The notes under the pieces are model-generated. The model searched no databases. It was not told the DNA's origin and saw only the letters and a program-made list of their open reading frames with translations. A stretch of DNA of 64,000 nucleotides. Source: Acidimicrobiia bacterium (GTDB lineage: Bacteria > Actinomycetota > Acidimicrobiia > Spongiisociales > UBA5794). Every line of letters starts with the position of its first letter. The stretch's first letter is position 1. Shown here one piece after another: positions 1 to 8,093 of the stretch. The position numbers and the translations under genes are program-made. Where the stretch lies: positions 2,566 through 66,565 of the forward strand of contig BTQL01000006.1 in the NCBI GenBank assembly GCA_036985855.1. Direction: 5' to 3'.

Positions 1-23
1 TATGGAAAAACTCTCGAATGAGC

Positions 24-707
24 TCAGACGCCCGATTCCAGCGCCGAACGCGCTGCGTCGATCGCGGCGGTCTTCTTCGAGCCCCCTGAACCTGTGCTGA
101 TCACCTCGTCGTCCACGTATGCAGTGGCGGTGTACACGACGGCGTGGTCCGGCCCGGTGCGTTCGTACTCGAACGAAACGAACTTCCCCCGCTGAGCCAG
201 GCGCTCCTGGAGGCTCGACCTGCTGTCAACGACCTGACGAGAAGCCACCCTGTCGGCGATCGCATCACCGAAGAGACGGCGCACGACAGCAAAGGCAGCC
301 TCGGCTCCCCCATCGAGATAAACAGCTCCGAGCAATGACTCGACTATGTCGGATTGGATCGATGACCTGTCTCGACCTCCGTTGCGCTCTTCGCCTATAC
401 CGAGTCTGAGGGCGGCAGGTAACCCCACCAGACGGGAAACGGAAGCAACCGTCCTCTCGTCGACGATGGCCGCTCTGACCCTGGTCATGCGCCCTTCTGG
501 AGCTCCACCAAGCGCTTGGTAGATCTCTTCGGTAACGGCAAGCTCGAGCACGGCGTCTCCAAGGAACTCGAGACGCTCGTACGAATCGACGTCATTCTCA
601 GACGAGTACGAGGAGTGTGTGAGCGCAGTCAGCAGAAGCCCTGCATCCTGGAATCGATAACCGATGAAGTCCTGCACCGTGACAAGTTGATCGCTGCCAT
701 CGGACAT
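24..707 (-). CDS. rnc: Ribonuclease III
   Basis: 227-aa ORF with the RNase III signature ERLEFLGDAVLELAVTE and a C-terminal dsRBD-like region. Lies directly downstream of plsX. Confidence 0.95.
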   Translation of the reverse strand: MSDGSDQLVTVQDFIGYRFQDAGLLLTALTHSSYSSENDVDSYERLEFLGDAVLELAVTEEIYQALGGAPEGRMTRVRAAIVDERTVASVSRLVGLPAALRLGIGEERNGGRDRSSIQSDIVESLLGAVYLDGGAEAAFAVVRRLFGDAIADRVASRQVVDSRSSLQERLAQRGKFVSFEYERTGPDHAVVYTATAYVDDEVISTGSGGSKKTAAIDAARSALESGV

Positions 708-708
708 G

Positions 709-1686
709 TCAATGCTCCGCAGCAGCGATACCTGCGCTGACCTTGTTCACCAAGCCGCTCGACGCGCCTTCGGCAGCGAGCTCAATCGCGTTGCGGATCG
801 CGATTCGTGAAGATGACCCGTGGGCGATCACCACAACACCCTTTGTTCCGACGAGGTGAGCACCGCCAATGGATTCAGCGCTCAGCTTTTCGCGGATCTC
901 CATGAAAGCAGGCATCAGATCCTGCACCGCATCCACGAACTCTGGCTTGGAGAGGGTCTCGAGGATCATCTTCTGGATGACTTTTCCCGTCCCCTCACCG
1001 GTCTTGAGGAGGACGTTCCCTGTGAATCCATCGGTAACGATCACATCGGCAACATCAGTTGCGAGATCACGACCCTCGACGTTCCCAACAAAGTTCACGA
1101 CAGCGCTCCGGGTCAGGAGCTCGAATGCCTCCTTTTCGAGAGCACGACCTTTCGAGGCTTCTTCCCCGATATTGAGCAAACCGACCCTCGGGTCCTCGAC
1201 ACCTTGATACACCGATGAGATCGCAGATCCCATCACCGCGAACTGGAGCAGGTGTTCCGGTCTGCATTCGATGTTTGCGCCTACATCCATCACGACATGG
1301 CCGGTCGGAAAGATCGACGCGATCCCCGGCCTCGTGACACCTGGAAGCCGCCCGATCATGAACGCGGCCGAAGCAAGTGCGGCGCCCGTTGATCCGGCGG
1401 ACACCATGCCGTCGGCGTCACCGGTGGCGACCATGCGGGCTGCAACAGCAACGGAGGAGTCCTTCTTGTCGCGGATTGCTCGTACGGGAACATCATCCAT
1501 CGTGATGATCTCGGACGCATGACGGATGACGATGTCATCTCCCCTCCCCTCGAGCAACGGAACGATCTGGGGTTCGTCGCCGACAAGAACGACTCGCACT
1601 CCCTTGCGCGCCGCGAGAATCGCACCTTCGACGATCTCACGAGGAGCGGAATCGCCCCCCATGGCGTCGACGGCGATGAGTGGCAT
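709..1686 (-). CDS. plsX: Phosphate acyltransferase PlsX
   Basis: ORF 709..1812 trimmed to the ATG at 1686 (MPLIAVDAMGGDSAPREIVEGA...). The longer N-terminal extension would run through rpmF. Full-length PlsX-like sequence. Confidence 0.9.
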   Translation of the reverse strand: MPLIAVDAMGGDSAPREIVEGAILAARKGVRVVLVGDEPQIVPLLEGRGDDIVIRHASEIITMDDVPVRAIRDKKDSSVAVAARMVATGDADGMVSAGSTGAALASAAFMIGRLPGVTRPGIASIFPTGHVVMDVGANIECRPEHLLQFAVMGSAISSVYQGVEDPRVGLLNIGEEASKGRALEKEAFELLTRSAVVNFVGNVEGRDLATDVADVIVTDGFTGNVLLKTGEGTGKVIQKMILETLSKPEFVDAVQDLMPAFMEIREKLSAESIGGAHLVGTKGVVVIAHGSSSRIAIRNAIELAAEGASSGLVNKVSAGIAAAEH

Positions 1687-1691
1687 GTGCG

Positions 1692-1868
1692 TTACGACGC
1701 TGGAGTTACTTCGCGACCCTTGTAGGTGCCGCACTCCTTGCACACGCGATGCGGCGCGTGCGGTGCGTTGCACTGGGGGCAACGGGAAACGGACGGTCGG
1801 GCAACCTTCCACTGTGCCTTGCGGCGCCGTGTACGGGACCGCGACATCTTCTTTTTGGGGACAGCCAT
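1692..1868 (-). CDS. rpmF: 50S ribosomal protein L32 (zinc-ribbon form)
   Basis: 58-aa ORF below the track length cut-off, translated by hand: MAVPKKKMSRSRTRRRKAQWKVARPSVSRCPQCNAPHAPHRVCKECGTYKGREVTPAS. It has the L32 N-terminal motif and CxxC...CxxC. Classic yceD-rpmF-plsX order. Confidence 0.9.
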   Translation of the reverse strand: MAVPKKKMSRSRTRRRKAQWKVARPSVSRCPQCNAPHAPHRVCKECGTYKGREVTPAS

Positions 1869-1884
1869 ATAGATCCTATTCCGT

Positions 1885-2388
1885 TCAGCCCTCGGGTTCG
1901 AGCAGGTCCTTCAAGACCGCAAAGGGCGAGCGAGCCTCGTCGTCACCCGAGAGCTCCGTATTCAAGTCCGATTGTGCACTACTCACAATTCCGGAACAAC
2001 CATCACCGCAATCTTCGATGATCGGAAGAGACAACAGCACTTCGTCGCGAAGCATCTGGGAAACGTCGATATCGTGACCCTCGAGAGGATAGGTCTCGTC
2101 ATCATCGTTACCGCTTTCGAACAACGCGCCGACCGACGTGTCACGATCCGTCAGCGTCTCGGTGAGGCATCGGTAACACGTGTCGACCGTCGTGAAGCGG
2201 GCTCTTCCGGTCACGGCAATGCCCCCAGACACCGGATGCAATACGAGGTCGGCCGTGAGCGGTGGTTCCTCGGCGACCCGGATCATCTCGATCTTCCAAC
2301 GGACCGACTCTGTGACAGTCACCTTGCGCGAGGACGCATCGTTGCCAAGAAGATCTGAGACATTGAGAAGGAAGGGACTTCGCGCCAT
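1885..2388 (-). CDS. YceD/DUF177 family protein
   Basis: 167-aa acidic protein with a C-terminal Cys pair (CGDGCSG), immediately upstream of rpmF, which is the conserved position of DUF177. Confidence 0.7.
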   Translation of the reverse strand: MARSPFLLNVSDLLGNDASSRKVTVTESVRWKIEMIRVAEEPPLTADLVLHPVSGGIAVTGRARFTTVDTCYRCLTETLTDRDTSVGALFESGNDDDETYPLEGHDIDVSQMLRDEVLLSLPIIEDCGDGCSGIVSSAQSDLNTELSGDDEARSPFAVLKDLLEPEG

Positions 2389-2451
2389 GAGCGAAAGGTA
2401 TCAGCCGACAGTGCACAGTTCACCGATTCCAGACTGTGAACCGTGGACTGT

Positions 2452-2973
2452 CTACTGGCTTATCGGTGGTTCAGGGGCAGCCGGAAGGGCCTGGTGGAGT
2501 TCTGCCCGAGCCTCGGTCACATAACGGTACAGCTCACCGAGCACGGTTTCGGCTTCTGAGAGGTGCCGCTCGGCGTAGTCCTCTGCTTCGAGCCTGATCC
2601 TGCGCGCCTCGGTTTCTGCGTTCCGGATGAGCGAATTCGCCTCTTCCACGGCTTCCTGAACGATGTAGTTTTCAGATACGAGCTGCTCGGACTCAGTCTT
2701 CGCCTGCACTATCAGCTCCTGTGCACGCTCATTCGTACGCGCGATGTATGACTCACGTTCACGCACCATCCAACGAGCAGAGCGGAGCTCCTCGGGGAGC
2801 TCCTCGGCTGCTTCGTGAAGCCTGTCGAGCATGTCCGCCTGACTGATCATGACGTTGTTCGACAGCGGCACCGCTCTGGCGTTCTCGATCTCGGTGATGA
2901 GTTCCTCGAGCAGGTCGGCTAGGCGCCCCGGCACCGGGGGTGTTGGGGCGAGATGTTCAGGTTGATCGATCAT
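2452..2973 (-). CDS. Coiled-coil protein (DivIVA / ATP-synthase-b-like)
   Basis: 173 aa, Glu/Ala/Arg-rich heptad-like sequence. Its ATG overlaps the coaD stop (ATGA). No catalytic motif recognised. Confidence 0.5.
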   Translation of the reverse strand: MIDQPEHLAPTPPVPGRLADLLEELITEIENARAVPLSNNVMISQADMLDRLHEAAEELPEELRSARWMVRERESYIARTNERAQELIVQAKTESEQLVSENYIVQEAVEEANSLIRNAETEARRIRLEAEDYAERHLSEAETVLGELYRYVTEARAELHQALPAAPEPPISQ

Positions 2974-3446
2974 TGCAGACGCTCCTTCAACGCTTTGGCG
3001 ACCGGTTCTGGAACGAGCCCATCCACCGAACCGCCAAGACGCGCCACTTCTTTGACCAGGGAGGAGGATAGGTATCCATACTCAGGTTTCGTAGCAACGA
3101 ACAGCGAGACAACGTCACCGGAGAGATATCGGTTCATCTGGGACATCTGGATCTCGAACTCGAAATCGGTAACGGCACGCAGACCCTTCACCACGGTGGA
3201 GGCGCCCACTTCCTTGGCGAAGTCGACAAGCAGTCCCTCAAAAGACGCGGCGCGGACATTTGGCCATTGTGCGGTGCATGCAGAGAGGAGTTCGACGCGT
3301 TCCTCGGCCGTGAAGAGCGGTGACTTCGACGGGTTGTGCACGACAGCGACAACGACCTCATCGAACAACGCAGCACAACGTTCGACCACATCGAGGTGAC
3401 CCTTGGTTGGCGGGTCGAAACTCCCCGGAACGATTGCCGTTATCAC
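2970..3446 (-). CDS. coaD: Phosphopantetheine adenylyltransferase
   Basis: 158 aa. N-terminal AIVPGSFDPPTKGHLDVV (T/HxGH nucleotidyltransferase motif) and full-length CoaD-like sequence. Confidence 0.95.
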   Translation of the reverse strand: MITAIVPGSFDPPTKGHLDVVERCAALFDEVVVAVVHNPSKSPLFTAEERVELLSACTAQWPNVRAASFEGLLVDFAKEVGASTVVKGLRAVTDFEFEIQMSQMNRYLSGDVVSLFVATKPEYGYLSSSLVKEVARLGGSVDGLVPEPVAKALKERLQ

Positions 3447-3979
3447 TCTGTAACCCTCTCCATCACGGTTACGACAGCATCACCGTACCGTCGCTCGTCG
3501 ATTGTACGGAGGAATTGAGGCGGAGTGGTCTCGCTGCGAGCCTGACGATGCACCACGACGATACCCCGGGAATCGAGCACGGGCTCGATCAACTCGAGAA
3601 CATCCCGCACCTGTTGGTCGTCATCGGCGTACGGCGGATCGACGAAAACCACGTTGTAGACGCCGCTTCGTTCACCCAAGAACGACGCGACGTCGGCCAA
3701 GTGCACCAGGCCACCGAGTCCGACACGATCGACGTTCCGTCGCAGTATCGTCTCAGCGTCCCTGTCGTGCTCCACGAACACGGCATGAGTCGCTCCCCTG
3801 CTCAATGACTCGAGTCCAAGCGAACCGGAACCGGCATAGAGGTCGAGCACGGTCGTGCCGTCGAATCTGGCCGACAGGATCGAAAAGATGGATTCGCGGG
3901 CGCGACCCGTCATCGGGCGTGTTCCGGTCTTTGGCGTGTCGAGCTTGCGACCTTTTGCAGCGCCGGCAATGATCCTCAT
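3443..3979 (-). CDS. rsmD: 16S rRNA (guanine966-N2)-methyltransferase RsmD
   Basis: ORF trimmed to MRIIAGAAKGRKLDTPKTGTRPMTGRARESIFS (ATG at 3979). Contains the VFVDPPY methyltransferase motif. 4-nt overlap with coaD. Confidence 0.9.
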   Translation of the reverse strand: MRIIAGAAKGRKLDTPKTGTRPMTGRARESIFSILSARFDGTTVLDLYAGSGSLGLESLSRGATHAVFVEHDRDAETILRRNVDRVGLGGLVHLADVASFLGERSGVYNVVFVDPPYADDDQQVRDVLELIEPVLDSRGIVVVHRQARSETTPPQFLRTIDERRYGDAVVTVMERVTE

Positions 3980-3980
3980 G

Positions 3981-6170
3981 TCAACTCCTCGTGAGCCACT
4001 GTGCGGACTCGCCGAACAACGCTGCAACTTCATGCATCACGTCGGTCACGAGCTCGCCATCTGGATCCTCGGCCACCGACTCCGTAGCGACGGAGCTCGC
4101 AGCGTCGAGGAGCGCGTGATCTCTGAGAATATCGCCGAGACGCAGATCGGCCGCGCCGGATTGGGCACCGCCGAACACGGTGCCTTGTCCCCTGATCTCG
4201 AGGTCGATCTCCGATAGTTCGAAACCGTCCGTCGATCGGATCATCGCCTCGATTCTCCGCTCTCCGTCCGGGGTCGTTGGATCAGCCGCCAAAAGACATG
4301 CACCACCACGCTCTCCTCGCCCCACGCGTCCCCGCAACTGGTGGAGCTGGCTCAAGCCGAACCGGTCCGCCGTGCGGATCACCATGAGCGTCGCATTCGG
4401 CACGTCGATGCCGACCTCGATCACGGTGGTTGCCACCAGAACGTCGACTTCTCCCGCACGGAACCGGTGCATGATCTCAGCCTTGTCATATGCAGACATC
4501 TGACCGTGCAAGAGCGCCGACCGAAGGCCCGGCAATCCAGATTGCACCCTCACGATCTCAGATTCCGCCGATCGTGCCTCGATCTTGTCCGAGTCCTCCA
4601 CCAGGGGGCACACAACGAACACCTGGCCCCCGGCGGTGACGGCCTCCTGAATCCGACGGTCGATTTCATCGTCTGCTGCTTCCGGCACCGCGGCGGTTGA
4701 AACGGGTGTTCGGCCCTCGGGCATCTCGTCGATGACGGACACCTTCAGATCTCCGTACAGGGTCATCGCCAGCGTTCTCGGGATCGGTGTTGCGGTCAGG
4801 AGAAGGAGGTCGGGAACGCCTTCACCCTGGTTCTTGTCACGCATCACCACTCGCTGCTCTACACCGAATCGATGCTGTTCATCAACGACGACCATGCCGA
4901 GACTGTGGAAAGCAACATCGCCCTGGATCAGGGCCTGGGTTCCGAAGGCGAGGTCGATGGTCCCTTCGGCAAGCCACTCGAGACCCTGTTTGCGCGACAC
5001 GTCCCCCACCACGAAGTTCGTGGTGACCCGGCTTCCCGTGAACAGACCGATCCGGACGGGACGCGTAGCGAGGGTCTCCTCGGCGAACAGTGACCCCGTC
5101 CCCGCCGCCCCGACGTCCTCACGGGTCGGCGCCATCCCTGCGTCCTCGAAGGCGAGTTCGGTGCCGAGGTAATGCTGGGTGGCGAGCACTTCGGTTGGTG
5201 CCATGACCGCGCCCTGATGTCCGCTCTCGACCGATGTCAGCAGGGCGGCAACGACGACGACGGTCTTGCCCGACCCAACCTCTCCCTGCAGGAGTCGATG
5301 CATCGGTGTCCTTGCTTTCATATCAGCAAGCAGCTCGCTGAGCACTCGATCCTGGGCATCGGTCAACCGGTAGGGAAGCGATTCGACGAACCGGTGGAAC
5401 AGCTCACCTTTCACCGAGTTCCGAACGCCGATCTGGGACTCGTACTCATCATGTGCACGAACCTTGAGCGCCATCTGTATGCGAAGGAACTCATCGAAGA
5501 TCAACCGGCGTCTCGCAGGCTCAGTGTTCGCAAAGGAGTCGGGCGAATGTACCTGTGTGAACGCGAACGTGCGGTCCACCAGATCGAAACGGTCGAGAAT
5601 CTCTTCAGGAACGATGTCGGCGACCGGGACGGATCGTCTCAATGCGTTCGCCACGGCATCACGGACCATGTACGGCCTGAGGCCCCCGAGTCCTGGGTAT
5701 ACGGGCAGGACAATGCCCGTCGTGAATGCCTTGTTGCCGCTCAGCCTGTCCACGTCAGGGCTCTTCATCTGGAGGGATCCTCGGTATGTCTCGACCTTGC
5801 CGGAGAGCGCGACTTCCTCCCCTTCGGTGAGTTTGATGTATGGGTTGAACCACACACAGCGCACACTGGAAGTACCGTCGGACACCTTCGCTTCGACCAT
5901 TGTGCGACCACGCGAGATGCGGCGCTTCGAGAACGAGGTAACGGTGCCCCCGACCGTGACCACCTCACCGATCGGCGCGGCTCCCAGGTTGAAGAGCTGG
6001 CTGCGATCCAGATAGCGACGCGGAACGGTGAGCAGAAGATCGGCAACGGATCGGATGCCATGACTCTCGAGCTTCTCCATCGACTTTGTCCCGATGCCCT
6101 TCACCTGGTCCGTCGCAATGCCGGCAAGGTACGCGAGCGTTCTCACTTCGTGGAGCATGGGTGTGGTCAT
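3981..6170 (-). CDS. recG: ATP-dependent DNA helicase RecG
   Basis: Wedge domain plus SF2 helicase motifs (GEVGSGKT, VVDEQHRFG, TATPIPRT, QLHQLRGRVGRG). Start set at ATG 6170, because the longer ORF to 6452 would overlap rpmB. Confidence 0.9.
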   Translation of the reverse strand: MTTPMLHEVRTLAYLAGIATDQVKGIGTKSMEKLESHGIRSVADLLLTVPRRYLDRSQLFNLGAAPIGEVVTVGGTVTSFSKRRISRGRTMVEAKVSDGTSSVRCVWFNPYIKLTEGEEVALSGKVETYRGSLQMKSPDVDRLSGNKAFTTGIVLPVYPGLGGLRPYMVRDAVANALRRSVPVADIVPEEILDRFDLVDRTFAFTQVHSPDSFANTEPARRRLIFDEFLRIQMALKVRAHDEYESQIGVRNSVKGELFHRFVESLPYRLTDAQDRVLSELLADMKARTPMHRLLQGEVGSGKTVVVVAALLTSVESGHQGAVMAPTEVLATQHYLGTELAFEDAGMAPTREDVGAAGTGSLFAEETLATRPVRIGLFTGSRVTTNFVVGDVSRKQGLEWLAEGTIDLAFGTQALIQGDVAFHSLGMVVVDEQHRFGVEQRVVMRDKNQGEGVPDLLLLTATPIPRTLAMTLYGDLKVSVIDEMPEGRTPVSTAAVPEAADDEIDRRIQEAVTAGGQVFVVCPLVEDSDKIEARSAESEIVRVQSGLPGLRSALLHGQMSAYDKAEIMHRFRAGEVDVLVATTVIEVGIDVPNATLMVIRTADRFGLSQLHQLRGRVGRGERGGACLLAADPTTPDGERRIEAMIRSTDGFELSEIDLEIRGQGTVFGGAQSGAADLRLGDILRDHALLDAASSVATESVAEDPDGELVTDVMHEVAALFGESAQWLTRS

Positions 6171-6279
6171 GCACCGATGTTGGTAGACCTTGGGACGTAT
6201 TGCCACAACACAGGGCGCAGAGCCCGATACACATGGTGCACTGCTATCGTTCCCGCGCACCTCAGGAGGTTTCCCCCAC

Positions 6280-6468
6280 ATGGCATACAGATGTGAAGTT
6301 TGCGGCAAGGGGCCGTGGACGGGCAAACAGGTCAGCTTCTCGCACAAGCGCTCATCCAAGACCTGGCGCCCGAACATCCAGAAAATCCGCGTCAAACACG
6401 GGACCAACTCCCGGCGGGCACGGGTTTGCACATCGTGCATCAAAGCTGGCAAGATCGAGAAGGCCTGA
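6280..6468 (+). CDS. rpmB: 50S ribosomal protein L28 (zinc-ribbon form)
   Basis: MAYRCEVCGKGPWTGKQVSFSHKRSSKTWRPNIQKIRV...CTSC. AGGAGG lies 11 nt upstream of the ATG. Divergent from recG, as is typical of actinobacteria. Confidence 0.92.
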   Translation: MAYRCEVCGKGPWTGKQVSFSHKRSSKTWRPNIQKIRVKHGTNSRRARVCTSCIKAGKIEKA

Positions 6469-6680
6469 TGCAGGGGGTCGTCAAGACGTACGATCCAAGT
6501 ACCGGTATTGGTTCAATCGTGCGTGATGATGACCGCAGCGAGGTACTGCTCAAACCCGGAAGTCTCGAGGGATCGATGTTCCGTCTCCTGAGACAGGGTC
6601 AACGCGTGCGCTTCGACCTCGAGGGCGAGGGAAGCGCTGGGTACGCCACGAACCTCAGATTCGGGTCAGACGGATACTGA
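6468..6680 (+). CDS. Small OB-fold / cold-shock-domain-like protein
   Basis: 70 aa (MQGVVKTYDPSTGIGSIVRDDDRSEVLL...) with a CSD-like N-terminal pattern. Its ATG overlaps the rpmB stop (TGATG). Confidence 0.5.
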   Translation: MQGVVKTYDPSTGIGSIVRDDDRSEVLLKPGSLEGSMFRLLRQGQRVRFDLEGEGSAGYATNLRFGSDGY

Positions 6681-6773
6681 TACAGGTATCAGCCGTCAGG
6701 CGTCGGAGAGAACGCAGCACCAGATTCGGCTCTCGATCGTACGGTCTACCCCCGACCGACTACAGTTGCATCC

Positions 6774-7007
6774 ATGGTCCAAGCATTTGTACTCATCCAG
6801 ACCGACACTGGACGCGCATCTGACGTTGCCCGAGCGATCGGAGAGCTCGATGGAGTGATGTCGTCAGAAGCAGTGACAGGTCCCTACGACGTCATCGTGT
6901 CGGCCGAAGCCCAGGATGTTGACGCACTCGGGCACCTCGTGGTCACCCAGATCCAACCGGTAGTCGGCATCGTCCGGACACTGACCTGCCCTGTCATCAG
7001 GATCTAG
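6774..7007 (+). CDS. Stand-alone Lrp/AsnC ligand-binding (RAM) domain protein
   Basis: 77 aa (MVQAFVLIQTD...VTGPYDVIV...). Matches the AsnC-type RAM-domain pattern but has no HTH. Confidence 0.6.
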   Translation: MVQAFVLIQTDTGRASDVARAIGELDGVMSSEAVTGPYDVIVSAEAQDVDALGHLVVTQIQPVVGIVRTLTCPVIRI

Positions 7008-8047
7008 CGGATCGACAACCGACTGCGTTCCTTGTGGCGTGTGAAGGCGGCCTCAACGAGATGCGAGCACAGCTCTGGGTACGTCATTCCCGAGGCCAAC
7101 CACATCTTCGGAAACCCGGAGATCGATGTGAAGCCGGGGAGCGTGTTCGCCTCGTTGAACAGGAACCTCCTCGACACACGATCGTAGAGAAAGTCGACGC
7201 GGGCCAACCCGGACAAACCGAGCTCGGTGAACACGTTCTCTGCGAGGATCCTCACTCGTTTCCCTGCCGACTCCGACAGTTGCGCCGGCACTTCGAAACG
7301 AGAGGATTCGTCGGCGTATTTGGCATCGTATGTGTAGAACTCGGTCTCGACGATCACCTCACCAGGCACCGACGCACGTGGTCCGTCCAAAACGCCTACT
7401 TCGATCTCGCGGGCATCGATAGCACGTTCGATGAGCACCTTCGAGTCATACCGAAACGCTGAGTTGACCGCCTCGTTCATCTGTGCCTCGTTTTCAACCC
7501 GACGAACACCGATCGACGACCCTTGCGCCGACGGCTTGACGAATGCCGGAAATCCAATGCTGTGCTGCGCTACAGCCATGGCAGAACTCGGATCTCTGTC
7601 CCACTCATCCCTTGTCACACGCACCCACGGAGTCGTCTCGATTCCGGACGCCTTGACGACGCGTTTCGCAAGGTCCTTGTCCATTGCAAGTGAGCTCCCA
7701 AGCACGCCGCAGCCGACATAGGGAACACCGCATGTTTCGAGCAACCCCTGAACCGTCCCGTCTTCTCCTTGTGGACCGTGCAACACGGGAAACACGACGT
7801 CGAACTCGACATCGTGGTCGACGACCCGCAGCGCTCCGGATGGGACGCCCACTTCGACGGTGCGACCGTCGGCCTTGAACGGACGGAACGTCGGATCTGC
7901 GAGATGCCAGGTGCCGTCGCGATCGATCCCGACCGGAATCACACGATGCCCACCATCGACAAGTGCATCATGGACAGACACAGCAGACGCACACGAAACC
8001 TCATGCTCAGCGGAGCGTCCGCCGAAGAGAAGAAGTACCCGAGCCAT
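7004..8047 (-). CDS. ddl: D-alanine--D-alanine ligase
   Basis: 347 aa. N-terminal LLFGGRSAEHEVS, ATP-grasp core, C-terminal NEANTLPGFT. Confidence 0.93.
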   Translation of the reverse strand: MARVLLLFGGRSAEHEVSCASAVSVHDALVDGGHRVIPVGIDRDGTWHLADPTFRPFKADGRTVEVGVPSGALRVVDHDVEFDVVFPVLHGPQGEDGTVQGLLETCGVPYVGCGVLGSSLAMDKDLAKRVVKASGIETTPWVRVTRDEWDRDPSSAMAVAQHSIGFPAFVKPSAQGSSIGVRRVENEAQMNEAVNSAFRYDSKVLIERAIDAREIEVGVLDGPRASVPGEVIVETEFYTYDAKYADESSRFEVPAQLSESAGKRVRILAENVFTELGLSGLARVDFLYDRVSRRFLFNEANTLPGFTSISGFPKMWLASGMTYPELCSHLVEAAFTRHKERSRLSIR

Positions 8048-8093
8048 GCGTAGAGGTTACCGTGGGAGCTGACCTGGTAAGGGGTTTGAGCAA

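Noticed and set aside
5172-6296. Long antisense ORFs opposite well-supported genes: 5172..6296, 18324..19475, 19743..20996, 27492..28970, 31879..32907, 33268..34230, 47775..49049, 50080..51201, 52125..53303, 52403..53308, 54693..55685
   Set aside because: These are typical high-GC shadow ORFs. They have no recognisable motifs and Arg/Gly/Pro/Asp-skewed composition, and each fully overlaps a gene with clear family signatures on the other strand.
3981-6452. N-terminal extensions offered by the track: recG to 6452, plsX to 1812, rsmD to 4033, adnA from 14827, adnB from 17940, thermonuclease from 37530, VanW-2 from 49237, pyk to 53311, and others
   Set aside because: The extensions overlap neighbouring genes or lack family similarity. 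Internal ATG/GTG starts give canonical N-termini and the 1-4 nt overlaps typical of this genome.
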